Shown piece after piece: positions 1 to 12,882 of a DNA stretch of 64,000 nucleotides. Origin of the DNA: Clostridia bacterium (GTDB lineage: Bacteria; Bacillota; DSM-521; Neomoorellales; SLTJ01); the NCBI GenBank assembly GCA_004347685.1, contig SLTJ01000037.1, positions 7,417-71,416 on the forward strand, written 5' to 3'. Numbering within the stretch: position 1 is the stretch's first letter; each line of letters begins with the position of its first letter. The position numbers were made by a program, and so were the translations under genes. The notes beneath the pieces were generated by a model. It saw only the letters and a list, made by a program, of their open reading frames with translations. It made no database searches and had not been told where the DNA came from.

Positions 1-2372
1 GAAAAGGCCGGGTAGACGGCAATGCTGTCCCCGGAATGGACCCCAGCCCGCTCCACATGTTCCATGATGCCGGGGATCAGGATGTCCTGCCCATCGCTGA
101 TGGCGTCTACCTCTACTTCCGTGCCATTCAGGTACTTGTCTATCAGGACCGGGTACTGGGGCGAAACCTCCACGGCGGTGTGCATGTAGTGCTCCAGATC
201 TTCCTGACTGTAGACTATTTCCATGGCCCGGCCGCCCAGGACGTAGGAAGGCCGCACCAGCACGGGAAAGTCAATCCGTGCGGCCACGGCCTGGGCCTCG
301 GTCACAGAGGTCGCGGCCCGGCCGGCCGGCTTCGGAATGTCCAGGCGGGCCAAAAAGTGCTCGAACTTATCTCGGTCCTCGGCCAGGTCAATGTTGGCCA
401 CTGAGGTACCCATGATACGCACCCCGGCCGCGTCCAGAGGGCCAGCCAGGTTGAGGGCTGTCTGGCCGCCGAATTGCACCACCACCCCTTCCGGCTGCTC
501 CACATCCAAAATATGGAACACGTCCTCCGTGGTCAGGGGCTCGAAATACAGCCTGTCGGCAGTGTCGAAGTCGGTGCTCACCGTTTCGGGATTGTTGTTG
601 ACTATTACCGCCTCCAGTCCCGCCTCCCGCAGGGCCCAGACGGCGTGAACCGAGCAATAGTCAAATTCTATCCCCTGGCCGATACGGATGGGGCCCGACC
701 CCAGCACCACGGCCCGTCGCGCCAGCCCGGGCCGGGCTTCGTTCTCGCTCTCGTATGAGGAGTAGTAATAGGGGGTGGTGGCGTCAAACTCGGCCGCGCA
801 GGTATCCACCATTTTGTACACCGGCCCTAACCCTTGCTCCCGGCAGAGGCCGCGGATTTCTTCTTGTTGCTTTCCGCTCAGGACCGCCAGTTGCGCTTCC
901 CCATACCCGGCCACCCTGGCCTGGTGGAGGAGTTCCGGCGTTAGGCCCCCTTGAAGGATGTCCTTCTCCAACCGGACGAGATCGGCCATTTTTCCCAAGA
1001 AATAGGCATCATATCCCGTGAGACCGGCCAGTTCCTCTACGCCCAGGCCACGACGCAGCGCCTCGGCTACCAGGAACAGCCGCCGCTCATCCGGCTGCAC
1101 CAGGTGCTCCCGCAGCCACCCCGCGTCATAAGCGGCAAGTGACGGCTGGTACAGGCCTGAGACCCCGGTTTCCAGGGACCGTACGGCCTTGAGCATGGCC
1201 TCGGTAAAGGAGCGGCCGATGGCCATGACCTCTCCTGTGGCCTGCATCTGGGTGCCCAACACCCGGCCATCCACATTGAACTTATCAAAGGGGAAACGCG
1301 GCATCTTCACCACGCAGTAGTCCAAGGCCGGCTCAAAACAGGCATAGGTCTTACCGGTAACGGCGTTGGTGATCTCGTCCAGGCGCAGGCCCACGGCGAT
1401 TTTAGCCGCCACCTTGGCGATAGGGTAGCCGGTGGCCTTGGAGGCCAGGGCGCTGGAACGGCTAACCCTGGGGTTGACCTCAATGACGTAATACTGGAAG
1501 CTGTGCGGGTCCAGGGCGAACTGGATGTTGCACCCGCCCTCGATCCCCAGGGCGCGGATGATCTTCAGGGAGGCCGAACGCAGCATCTGGTATTCCCGGT
1601 CGCTCAGGGTCTGGGAAGGAGCCACGACAATGCTGTCCCCGGTATGGATCCCCACTGGGTCAATGTTCTCCATATTGCAGACGGTGATGCAGTTATCCGC
1701 GGCATCCCGCATGACTTCATATTCAATTTCCTTCCACCCGGCCACCGAGCGCTCGATAAGCACCTGGCCGATCAGACTGGATTTCAGTCCCCGGGCGGCG
1801 ATCTCGGCCAGGCTGGCCGCATCATGGGCGATGCCGCCGCCGGTACCCCCCAGGGTATAGGCAGGACGGACGATGACCGGGTAGCCGGTCTCGGCGGCAA
1901 AGGCCAGGGCTGCCTCCACGCCGGTAACAATGGCGCTTTCCGGCACCGGCTCGCCAATTTCTTGCATCAGGCTGCGGAACAGCTCCCGGTCCTCGGCCTT
2001 CCTGATGGAGTCTACCGGAGTCCCCAGCAGCTCCACGCCGTACTGCTCGAGGACCCCGTGCTCGTGCAACTCCACCGCCAGGTTCAGCCCCACCTGCCCT
2101 CCCAGGGTGGGAACCAGGCCGTCGGGCCTTTCCCGGGCGATAATTCTCTGCACGAACTCCAGGGTCAGGGGCTCCATATACACCCGGTCAGCCATATGGG
2201 TATCGGTCATGATGGTGGCCGGGTTGGAATTGACCAGCACCACTTCCAGGCCTTCTTCCTTCAGGGAGAGGCAGGCCTGGGTGCCGGCGTAGTCGAATTC
2301 CGCCGCCTGGCCGATGATTATCGGCCCCGAGCCGATTACCATGACTTTATGCAAATCCTTGCGCTTGGGCAT
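1..2372 (-). CDS. carB: Carbamoyl-phosphate synthase large subunit, N-terminal ~790 aa (3' end runs off the window start)
   Basis: Minus-strand translation from the ATG at 2372-2370 reads [57 protein letters not shown]..., the classic CarB N-terminus. A GGAAGGAG RBS lies upstream. Absent from the ORF track because the frame is open at the window edge. Confidence 0.9.
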   Translation of the reverse strand, partial: MPKRKDLHKVMVIGSGPIIIGQAAEFDYAGTQACLSLKEEGLEVVLVNSNPATIMTDTHMADRVYMEPLTLEFVQRIIARERPDGLVPTLGGQVGLNLAVELHEHGVLEQYGVELLGTPVDSIRKAEDRELFRSLMQEIGEPVPESAIVTGVEAALAFAAETGYPVIVRPAYTLGGTGGGIAHDAASLAEIAARGLKSSLIGQVLIERSVAGWKEIEYEVMRDAADNCITVCNMENIDPVGIHTGDSIVVAPSQTLSDREYQMLRSASLKIIRALGIEGGCNIQFALDPHSFQYYVIEVNPRVSRSSALASKATGYPIAKVAAKIAVGLRLDEITNAVTGKTYACFEPALDYCVVKMPRFPFDKFNVDGRVLGTQMQATGEVMAIGRSFTEAMLKAVRSLETGVSGLYQPSLAAYDAGWLREHLVQPDERRLFLVAEALRRGLGVEELAGLTGYDAYFLGKMADLVRLEKDILQGGLTPELLHQARVAGYGEAQLAVLSGKQQEEIRGLCREQGLGPVYKMVDTCAAEFDATTPYYYSSYESENEARPGLARRAVVLGSGPIRIGQGIEFDYCSVHAVWALREAGLEAVIVNNNPETVSTDFDTADRLYFEPLTTEDVFHILDVEQPEGVVVQFGGQTALNLAGPLDAAGVRIMGTSVANIDLAEDRDKFEHFLARLDIPKPAGRAATSVTEAQAVAARIDFPVLVRPSYVLGGRAMEIVYSQEDLEHYMHTAVEVSPQYPVLIDKYLNGTEVEVDAISDGQDILIPGIMEHVERAGVHSGDSIAVYPAF

Positions 2373-2435
2373 GCTGCGGCTCCTTCCAAAACGGAGATAA
2401 GGGGTCTGTGTACACGTATATATTGGAGCACCACT

Positions 2436-3743
2436 CTAAGACAAGAGCTGTCGCCCATCCATGACGATCTCACCGCCGACGATGGTCATGACCGGCCAGC
2501 CGGACAACTTCCACCCGTGGAAAGGGGAATTGTGCCCCAGTGAGACGAACCTGTCCCGGTCCACCACCATCTCCAGCTCCGGGTCTATGAGGGTGATGTC
2601 CGCCAGCGCGCCCGGCTCCAAGGTGCCCACGGGCAAGCCTAGGATCCGCGCCGGCTTCACCGTCATGGCGGCCAAGGCCCGGGACCAGGCCAGGAGGCCC
2701 GATTTGACCAGGACGGTGGCCACCACCGGCAGCATAGTTTCTACGCCGGAGATGCCGAAGGGTACCTGGTCAAAGTCCTGCTCCTTTTCCTGGGCCGCGT
2801 GGGGCGCGTGGTCGCTGGCGATTACCTGGACCACACCCCCGGCCAGGGCCTGGCGCAAAGCCTCCACGTCTTCTTGGGGCCGGAGCGGCGGGTTTACCTT
2901 GGTGCTGGTGTCGTAGCCGGCCACGGCGGCATCACTCAGGGCTAAGTGGTGGGGTGTGACCTCGGCGGTCACCGGCAGCCCCTCTTCCCTGGCCCGCCGC
3001 ACCATGGCCGCGCTCAACCCGGTACTGAGGTGGGCCAGGTGCACCCGCTGCCCGGTCAGGCGGGCCAGGATGATCTCCCGGGCCACCATCACCTCTTCGG
3101 CAGCGGCAGGCATGCCCACCAGACCCAGGACTGTGGACCAGTAACCCTCGTGCATCACCCCACCCCCGGCCAGATCCGGGTCCTCGCAGTGGGAAATGAC
3201 CACCCGGCCCAGGCTGCCGGCATATTCCAGGGCGCGGCGCATGACACCCGCCCGGGCCACCGGGAAACCGTCGTCGGAGAAAGCCACGGCGCCGGCGGCG
3301 GCCAGGGAGGCCATCTCAGCCAGTTCTTCCCCCCGCCGGCCCTTGGTAATACAGCCGGCTGGCCACACCCGCGCTGCCCCCGTCTCCCGGGCCCGGGCCG
3401 CGATCCAGGCCAGGGTACCGGGGTTATCGGCCGGGGGATCAGTGTTGGGCATACAGACGAGGCTGGTGATACCCCCCATGGCCGCGGCTCGGGTGCCGGT
3501 GGCAATGGTTTCCTTATGCTCATACCCGGGCTCGCGCAGGTGCACGTGCATATCCACCAGGCCCGGGGCCACGATCCTCCCGCTGGCGTCAACTACCCTG
3601 GCGCCGGCGGGAGCGGGTAGATCGCAGCCCACTCTGGCGATCTTCCCTTCCAGCACCAGCACGTCCGCCGGCTCCTGGTCCATCCCGGAAGCCGGGTCAA
3701 TGACCCGGCCGCCCTTAATCAGTAAGGAGACGATTGGGTTCAC
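2436..3743 (-). CDS. pyrC: Dihydroorotase
   Basis: 435-aa ORF with DMHVHLREPG metal-binding motif and ASDHAPH. Sits between pyrB and carB. Confidence 0.9.
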   Translation of the reverse strand: MNPIVSLLIKGGRVIDPASGMDQEPADVLVLEGKIARVGCDLPAPAGARVVDASGRIVAPGLVDMHVHLREPGYEHKETIATGTRAAAMGGITSLVCMPNTDPPADNPGTLAWIAARARETGAARVWPAGCITKGRRGEELAEMASLAAAGAVAFSDDGFPVARAGVMRRALEYAGSLGRVVISHCEDPDLAGGGVMHEGYWSTVLGLVGMPAAAEEVMVAREIILARLTGQRVHLAHLSTGLSAAMVRRAREEGLPVTAEVTPHHLALSDAAVAGYDTSTKVNPPLRPQEDVEALRQALAGGVVQVIASDHAPHAAQEKEQDFDQVPFGISGVETMLPVVATVLVKSGLLAWSRALAAMTVKPARILGLPVGTLEPGALADITLIDPELEMVVDRDRFVSLGHNSPFHGWKLSGWPVMTIVGGEIVMDGRQLLS

Positions 3744-3806
3744 CCCCTAGGTGGATGTTACAAAACTCCGGGGCGGCAGGGCTGGCGCCCTGGCTGGATG
3801 CTTTTT

Positions 3807-4733
3807 TCAACCGCCCCCTAGGAGCAGGTAAAGAACAGCCATGCGCACCGCCACCCCGTTGGTCACTTGGCGGTTGATGGCCGAACAGGGCGCGTCCACC
3901 AGCTCTGCCGCCAGTTCCACGCCCCGGTTAACCGGCCCCGGGTGCATGAGCAGTACGTCCGGTTTGGCCAGGGCCAGGCGCCCCGGAGTAAGGCCGAAGC
4001 TGGCGGCGTATTCCCGCAGGCTGGGCAGGAGCCCCTGGCGCTGGCGCTCCTGCTGCAGCCGCAGGGCTATGACCACATCTGCCCCCTCCAGGGCCGGCTC
4101 CAAGCGATGGTAAACCTGCGCCCCCATCTTTTCGAGGCCTGGCGGTAGAAGAGTGGCTGGACCAGCCACCCGTACCCGGGCCCCCATCTTGGTCAGGCCC
4201 CAGATATCCGAACGGGCCACCCGGCTGTGGAGGATATCCCCGATGATAGCCACCTCCAGACCCACCAGCCGGCCCTTTTCCTCCCTGATGGTGAATAAAT
4301 CCAGGAGCCCCTGGGTGGGGTGCTCGTGCATGCCGTCGCCAGCATTGACCACCACCGTCCTGCTTAACCACCCGGCCAGTTGCCCCGGCACGCCGGCCGT
4401 CTGGTGCCGCACCACTACCATATCGGCCCCCAGGGCCTCCAGGGTCTGTACCGTATCCCGCAGGTTCTCGCCCTTCACCACGGAACTGGTGGCCGGGGCT
4501 ATGCTTACCGTGTCGGCCCCCATGTACTTGGCGGCCAGCTCAAAGGAGACCCTGGTCCGGGTGCTGGGCTCGTAAAAGAGGGTGACCAGCACCTTGCCGC
4601 GCAAAGTAGGCACCTTCTTGATGGGCCGCTCCATGACGCCGGCCATAGGCCGGGCCGTCTCCAGAACGAGGTTTATTTCTTCGGCTTCCATTTCCGCCAG
4701 GCCTAAGAGGTGCCTGGCAGCCAATCCGGCCAT
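3807..4733 (-). CDS. pyrB: Aspartate carbamoyltransferase catalytic subunit
   Basis: ORF 3807-4805 contains the STRTR and HPTQ motifs. The likely true start is the ATG at 4733 ([10 protein letters not shown]...). The upstream in-frame part overlaps an attenuator terminator. Confidence 0.9.
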   Translation of the reverse strand: MAGLAARHLLGLAEMEAEEINLVLETARPMAGVMERPIKKVPTLRGKVLVTLFYEPSTRTRVSFELAAKYMGADTVSIAPATSSVVKGENLRDTVQTLEALGADMVVVRHQTAGVPGQLAGWLSRTVVVNAGDGMHEHPTQGLLDLFTIREEKGRLVGLEVAIIGDILHSRVARSDIWGLTKMGARVRVAGPATLLPPGLEKMGAQVYHRLEPALEGADVVIALRLQQERQRQGLLPSLREYAASFGLTPGRLALAKPDVLLMHPGPVNRGVELAAELVDAPCSAINRQVTNGVAVRMAVLYLLLGGG

Positions 4734-4823
4734 AAAAAAACCTCCCCGGTCCGGTGGCGCCAAAGGAGGTAAATCACCTTTCGTTACCGTCCTTACCGGC
4801 CTCACCGGGCCAATTTCAAGGAC
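4734..4823 (-). promoter_or_regulatory. PyrR-dependent transcription attenuator (binding loop plus terminator) ahead of pyrB
   Basis: Minus strand GUCCUUGAAAUUGGCCCGGUGAGGCCGGUAAGGAC matches the PyrR binding-loop consensus (..CCNGNGAGGC..G.AAGG). It is followed by CCUCC...GGAGG plus UUUUUUU directly before the pyrB ATG. Confidence 0.75.
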
Positions 4824-4830
4824 GCAATCG

Positions 4831-5538
<708 letters not shown>

Positions 5539-5571
5539 TTATACGCAAAGTAGGCAAGGTTATCGCGATAC

Positions 5572-7394
<1,823 letters not shown>

Positions 7395-7539
7395 CAAAAA
7401 AAACCCCTCCAGGAGTCTCCTGGTAGGAGTAGTTAAATGGTCCACCAGCCAATACTCCTACCAGGGATTATTGTCCCTTGGTAGGAGTCATTAACCCTCG
7501 CGGGGTGGTTTGCGGCGGACTCCATCACCATTTGCTAAT

Positions 7540-8454
7540 CCGCTTTCCCTTGTTGCAGTTAGGCTTCACGGAATTGTTCAACCGAGCCCTAAGAATTATT
7601 AGTCAGGGAAAGCTGTTCTCTAATGTATTTATATCTCATCGCCGCGTCCAAGTCAAGCCGCAGAGTTTAAACGCGAAATTGACGCCCTGAGCCTGTACCG
7701 GCAGAGCGGGATCATAGTGAGCGACATGCCACCGGTAGTATATGCCGTAGCCCGCGGGTGGGACGGATGGCGGGTGTTCCTCCAGGACGCCGATGCCATG
7801 GTCTACCCCTACCCTAGGATAGTAGAAGTGCTGACACACCTACGGGAAAAACTGCCGGAGGTGGAACGGGTGGGAGCTTATGCCACCCCGAGGGATCTCC
7901 TGCGACGCAGCGTCGGGGAACTGAAGACCTTGCGGGACCAGGGGCTCGGCATCATCTACCTGGGCGTGGAAACAGGGGACCCTGGTCTGCTGGAGCGGAT
8001 CGGCAAGAGGGTGAACTATGACCAGATGGCGGAAGCGGGAAGGAGGGCTGAAGAAGCGGGGATCACCCTCTCGGTGACCGTAATCCTGGGCCTGGGCGGG
8101 GCGGAAGGGAGCGAAAGGCATGCCCGGGAAACGGCCCGCCTCCTCAGCGACATTGACCCGGAATATGCCGGCGCCCTAACCCTCACCCTGGTTCCCGGCA
8201 CGCCTCTGTATGAGGAGGCCGAGAACGGGGCCTTCCACCCCATATCGCCCTTCCAGTCCCTCCTGGAACTAAAGGTGCTGGTGGAGCAGGCCTCCTTTAC
8301 CAACTGCTTCTTCAGCTCCATGCATGCCTCTAATTACTATTCTGTCCGGGGGACCCTGCCCTGGGACCGGGACAAAATGCTGGCCGAACTGGAGCAGGTG
8401 CTGGCCCGCCGGGACCCGGCCATGCTGAGGCCAGAGCACCTCCGGGGGCTGTAA
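7540..8454 (+). pseudogene. Radical SAM family gene with a degenerate, frameshifted N-terminus (no in-frame CxxxCxxC)
   Basis: ORF 7717-8454 matches the C-terminal 3/4 of small radical SAM proteins (VFLQDADAM, IYLGVETGD, ILGLGG, HASNYY). The in-frame upstream part (..AAEFKREIDALSLYRQSG) hits a stop at 7621. A different frame carries LLQLGFTELFNRA.../RRVQVKPQ remnants. Confidence 0.6.
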
Positions 8455-8503
8455 GGAAGACGGTCGCTGGCATAAAGACCTTGCAACCGGGGACAACAAG
8501 GTT

Positions 8504-9094
8504 TTATAGCCCGCCCCCAAGTCCGGCCAGGGGCGCCCCTTCCAGGCAACACCGCAAGTAGGCGTAAATGGTCTCCCACCCCTCCAGGCTGACCACCCCC
8601 GGCGGCAACTCCGGGGAGCGGTTGTGGGGCGCGGCGAAAAGGATGACCGGCAGCCCCTCAGAGGCCAGCATCAAGGCGTTTTCCAGCCGGTCGTCAATGA
8701 ATACCTCTATCCCGGCCCGGCGGCAGGCCTCCCTCTTGTCATGGGAACCGACCAGCACCAGGTCATGGTAGGCAAAGCCGTGCCGGGCCAGCCAGTTCCG
8801 GGTCATATCTTCCTGAAACGGAGGCCGGGCCGTAACAATAGTCACCCGGCACCGCCGGGAAAGGCTTTGTAGGCACGGCCCGGCGCCGGGCATGGGGGGC
8901 ATTTCCTCCAGCAAATCCTGCCGCGCCGCGAAAAATTCGCGGATTTCTTCCCGCGACAGGCCGTAGACCTTGCTGAGGTCATAATCCCGGACTTCCTCAA
9001 CCCTGACCTCACGCCCGAAATAATCATTAAGGGCCCGGACGGAAACGGCGAGAATGTCCCCCAGGACCCCATCCAGATCAACTCCCAGATGCAA
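8504..9094 (-). CDS. HAD-family 5'(3')-deoxyribonucleotidase-like phosphatase
   Basis: DLDGV nucleophile motif right after a TTG start at 9094 (RBS GGGAGGAGGG), and a FIDD motif near the C-terminus. The longer ORF to 9337 overlaps the upstream permease gene. Confidence 0.7.
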   Translation of the reverse strand: MHLGVDLDGVLGDILAVSVRALNDYFGREVRVEEVRDYDLSKVYGLSREEIREFFAARQDLLEEMPPMPGAGPCLQSLSRRCRVTIVTARPPFQEDMTRNWLARHGFAYHDLVLVGSHDKREACRRAGIEVFIDDRLENALMLASEGLPVILFAAPHNRSPELPPGVVSLEGWETIYAYLRCCLEGAPLAGLGGGL

Positions 9095-9177
9095 GATAAG
9101 CCCTCCTCCCAGGCTGCTCGTATGTAGGTTGCCGCGCCGAACACGAACCGGCCGGCGCCTGCGGAACCGGGTTGTGC

Positions 9178-9975
9178 TCACCGCAGCAGCCGCCGCCGCA
9201 TGAGTAAGATTGGCAACGGGAACAGGGCGCCCGCCACCACCGCCAGCCACAAGAAATGCGCCAGGAAACTGCTCCCGAGATGCCCCAGGGCCAGGGCACG
9301 GTTCATTTCCACCACATGGTAAAGGGGGATAAACCAAGCCAGCTTCTGAACCACGGCCGGCAGGCCCTCCACCGGAAAGAAAATCCCGGCAAACAGGAAC
9401 ATGGGGGTGATGACCAGGGTGAAGAAATAATTAAAGGTATCCATGTTGGGAGCCAGGCTGGTCCAGGTAAGGGCCAGCTCAGCGAAGACCAGGCCGCATA
9501 GGACCAGGGGCAGCGGGATAAGCAGGGCCAGGGGAGAGGCCACCAGCCCCAGGAGGGAGACCACCGCCAGGATAATACTGCCATAAAGGATGCTCTTAAA
9601 GGTGCCGTAGAGCATGTCGGCCACCACCACTTCGTCCAGGCTCACCGGGGTGGCGATGATGGCCTGGTAGGTTTTCTGGTAATGAAGCCGCAGGAAGGCG
9701 TCGTAGGTGCACTCGCTGGCCGTGGCCCACATGGCCGAAGAAGCGATCAAGCCGGGAGCGATGAATTCCATGTACGACTGCCCGTTCACGCTGGTCACGT
9801 AGCTGCCAAGACCCATTCCCAGAGCCGCCAGGTACAGAAGCGGCTCGATGAACCCGAACATGATATTGGCCGGCCAGGTGCGGGCAAAGACCGTCAGGTG
9901 CCGCCGTAGCACCCGGAATACCAGGGGTGATATTTGCAGCCCGGGGCTGCGCGGACTGCCTGCCTCCGCATCCAC
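9178..9975 (-). CDS. ABC-2 type transporter permease
   Basis: Six predicted TM helices with NodJ/DrrB-like organisation. GTG start at 9975 after GGAGG is inferred; the ORF is open to 10053. Confidence 0.75.
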   Translation of the reverse strand: MDAEAGSPRSPGLQISPLVFRVLRRHLTVFARTWPANIMFGFIEPLLYLAALGMGLGSYVTSVNGQSYMEFIAPGLIASSAMWATASECTYDAFLRLHYQKTYQAIIATPVSLDEVVVADMLYGTFKSILYGSIILAVVSLLGLVASPLALLIPLPLVLCGLVFAELALTWTSLAPNMDTFNYFFTLVITPMFLFAGIFFPVEGLPAVVQKLAWFIPLYHVVEMNRALALGHLGSSFLAHFLWLAVVAGALFPLPILLMRRRLLR

Positions 9976-10295
9976 AAAACCATACCTCCAGCGGGAATAA
10001 ACACACAGCCTAATGATAGCATATCCCGGGGGCGGGAACAACCCTGATGTCAAAGGTGATCAACCACCTGGAGCTGGCCCCGCCGTTACCTTTAAGTCGC
10101 TTTTCTGTAAAAATAAGTACATGAATTGCGGATAAAGCTTCTTAGAGATATGCAAACATGACTTCGGTCAACTTGATCCCGCTGGGGCAGCGGACCGTAC
10201 AGGTGTAACAGGAGGCGTGGGAAAGAGCTATCGGCACCAGCGCTAGCTCGTTCCTACGAGTTCTAAACTCGTACTTCTAACCCCTGACCTTTCGT

Positions 10296-10871
10296 TTACC
10301 CGGCCCAAACCCGGCCCAAGTCAATCTCCCACCCTGGGAAGATCGCTGGGTGGAAAACAGCCTTCCCCTGGTGGCGGTTTAAGAGAGTGAAGGTACCGTC
10401 CTGCGAAACGTACTCTTCCAGTTCCTGCTTATCCGGGTCCAGCAGCCAGTAGTAGCTTACGCCATGCCGGGCATAGATTTGCGCCTTGACCAGCCGGTCG
10501 GTCTGGGAAGTGCTCGGGGAAAGGATCTCTACCACCAGGTCCGGTGCGCCGGAAACATTCTTCGCGGTAATCCGGTCCAGGCGCTCCCGCCCGATGAAGA
10601 TAATATCCGGCTGGGTGACGTTGGTGCGACTAAGAACCACATCAATGGGGGCGTCATAGACTTCACCTAAATCATGGGCGGTAACGTACGCGTAAAGCAA
10701 AAACTCCAGGTTGATAGAGACTTTCTGGTGCTTCGGTACCGGGGCCGGGGTCATGTACAGCACTCCTTCCAGGATTTCGTAGCGCATCCCGTCATCAGGA
10801 AACTGGAGATAATCCTCGTAGGTAAGAATAATTTCCCCGGCTGGCGGCTGGGGCTGAGCCACAGGGTACAC
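10296..10871 (-). CDS. Uma2 (DUF820) family putative endonuclease
   Basis: Typical Uma2 features: YELLEG-like YEILEGVLYMTPAP, PDLVVEILSPST, and a YxxxGVxxYWLLDP C-terminal motif. Confidence 0.85.
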   Translation of the reverse strand: MYPVAQPQPPAGEIILTYEDYLQFPDDGMRYEILEGVLYMTPAPVPKHQKVSINLEFLLYAYVTAHDLGEVYDAPIDVVLSRTNVTQPDIIFIGRERLDRITAKNVSGAPDLVVEILSPSTSQTDRLVKAQIYARHGVSYYWLLDPDKQELEEYVSQDGTFTLLNRHQGKAVFHPAIFPGWEIDLGRVWAG

Positions 10872-11037
10872 CTCCCCGTAATGTTATTATCATTAATTCT
10901 ATAACCCTTTTCTACCCCCGTCAACGATATACGAGACATTCCAGGGGAGCCACCCTGGTCCACCGGGAGCCAGAGCTGAAAAGACTGGTGGGCCGGGTAG
11001 ACCAGGTATTCCTGGCCGAAGGTTGAGGGGACCGGGG

Positions 11038-12789
11038 CTAGGTGGTTATTTCACGGGCCAGCCGGAGGATCTTGTCCTGGCGGTTGTCATACAGACCGCG
11101 AGGGGTTATGCGTAGGTCCGGCAGGTCGCTGGCCGAGAGGAAGAAGATGGTGTAAAGGGGGCATTCGTAGTGGTAGCCGCAGGCCCGCATCAGGCGGTTG
11201 AATTCTTCTTCCCCGGCCGCCAAGGCCTCCACCGGCTCCGGGCTCATCAAGCCAAGCAGGGGCAGGGGTAAATGGAAGTCCGGCTCCCCCGGCCGCAACA
11301 ACGCTAGGCCCCCACCCATCCGGTATACACTGGCCACGGCCCGAGCCATGGCCTCACTGGTTTTCCCCACCGCCAGGACCCCCAAACCAACGTGGTAGCT
11401 GGAGGCCAGGGCGTCTATCCCGTCCGCCAGCCCGGTGATGAAGCCGTTGGCCACCTGCCGCCCCTGGCTGTCAATGCAGGCTATTTTCATCACCCCTTCC
11501 GGGGCGGTAATCACGCCGTCCCGTACCGGCAGGCGCATTTCCCGGCGACGGGTGAGAACCGTGGCGCTCACCTGGATCACCGGGAATTCCACCGCCGTAC
11601 CCTGAGCCGGGATGGCAAAAATCCCGGGGCTTATCTCCCGCGGGGGCAAGGGCCCGATCCCGAGTTCTTCCCAATCTAGCTCTGACAGCTTCCCCACCAG
11701 TTTCCCGTTCCGGGCCACTACTTCCCCACTGGCCAGCACCGTTTCCGGCACCGGGCACCGCAGATCCCGGACCAGGAGGATGTCGGCATACCGCCCGGGG
11801 GAGATGCTGCCCACCTGGTCATCTATCCGCCAGTAGGTGGCCGGGTTAATGGTGGCCATCTGGACGGCCACCAGTGGATCCACGCCGGCCTCGATCACCC
11901 TGGCCAGCAGGGTGTCCGTATGCCCTTCCCTGGCTAAAGTGGCTGGCGTCGGGCCGTCGGTGGTCAAGAGCAGGCGGCTGGTATCCACCCCGTTTTCCGT
12001 GATGAGCCGCGACAGCTCGCCGAGGTCGTGGCGGATGCTGCTGTCCCGCAGGGCCACGTACATCCCCAGACGCAGCCTCTCCAAGGCCTGGGGGACGTTA
12101 ATGGCTTCGTGACACCCGCTGATGCCGGCGGCCGCCAGGGCGGCCAAGGACAGGCCCGAAGCCCCGGCCGTATGCCCGTCCAGCCTTTTGCGCCGGGAAA
12201 GGGAATAGGCCAGGGAGGTGAGAACTCTGGGTACCTGTTGCACCATGTCGTACCAGCGGGTGGCCTCGCCCCAGCCCAGGACCTGGGGGTGGGACAACAG
12301 CAAGCGCTGCCCCTCCAAGGAACAAATTTCCTCCTCCAGAGGTTGGAGAGAAGGAGAATGGGGCCGGACAAACCAGAGAAACTTTAGCGGGCAGGAATCG
12401 CAGCCACCGATGAAACGGGTCAGGCCTGCGGCTCCCAGGTGGGCCATGAGCCAGTAGCTGTCCCCGACCACGGTAGTAGTTCCCCTGGGCAGCAGGGCAG
12501 TGGCGTAGGCGAAAGGATTGTACATCAACACCGGGTGGGCATGCGGCTCGATAAACCCAGGCACCAGGTAGAGCCCCGAAGCCTCTATGACCACGGTATC
12601 CGGCCCCAGTCCGGGCAACTCGGAACCCACGTAAGCGATGCGATCCCCCTTGATGGTCACATTCGCCGCCACGAGTTCCCGGGAGTATACATTTACTACC
12701 TGCCCGCCGGTAATAACCACGTCGGCGGGGTCTTCTCCCAGGGCCGTGCGTACTAAAGAGGAGACTTCGTTGGCATCGGGTGTTTTCAA
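11038..12789 (-). CDS. ade: Adenine deaminase
   Basis: 583 aa, amidohydrolase fold with GFIEPHAHP and adenine-deaminase length and architecture. TTG start after GGGAGGTG. Confidence 0.85.
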   Translation of the reverse strand: MKTPDANEVSSLVRTALGEDPADVVITGGQVVNVYSRELVAANVTIKGDRIAYVGSELPGLGPDTVVIEASGLYLVPGFIEPHAHPVLMYNPFAYATALLPRGTTTVVGDSYWLMAHLGAAGLTRFIGGCDSCPLKFLWFVRPHSPSLQPLEEEICSLEGQRLLLSHPQVLGWGEATRWYDMVQQVPRVLTSLAYSLSRRKRLDGHTAGASGLSLAALAAAGISGCHEAINVPQALERLRLGMYVALRDSSIRHDLGELSRLITENGVDTSRLLLTTDGPTPATLAREGHTDTLLARVIEAGVDPLVAVQMATINPATYWRIDDQVGSISPGRYADILLVRDLRCPVPETVLASGEVVARNGKLVGKLSELDWEELGIGPLPPREISPGIFAIPAQGTAVEFPVIQVSATVLTRRREMRLPVRDGVITAPEGVMKIACIDSQGRQVANGFITGLADGIDALASSYHVGLGVLAVGKTSEAMARAVASVYRMGGGLALLRPGEPDFHLPLPLLGLMSPEPVEALAAGEEEFNRLMRACGYHYECPLYTIFFLSASDLPDLRITPRGLYDNRQDKILRLAREITT

Positions 12790-12882
12790 TCTCGCACCTC
12801 CCAGATCTCTTAGATAATTGCTGCCCAGTAAGACAAAGATCGCGCTGTGGCCGCCGCCGGGATAGAACCGCGCGCAAGCAAT

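Noticed and set aside
1503-2543. 346-aa plus-strand ORF, and similar long ORFs at 12847-13749, 23183-24136, 41385-42365, 45340-46224, 47931-49076, 49410-50309, 53066-53968 and 54560-55615
   Set aside because: All lie antisense to, or out of frame with, genes that have clear conserved motifs (carB, ABC ATPase, glnA, RND pump, gltB parts, lpdA). Their translations are Gly/Arg/Pro/Ala-rich and low-complexity, which is typical of shadow ORFs in high-GC DNA.
12790-12882. Possible purine riboswitch ahead of adenine deaminase
   Set aside because: The 93-nt spacer shows no three-way junction or the conserved U/C-rich loop motifs of purine riboswitches, and it is too short once the RBS is accounted for.
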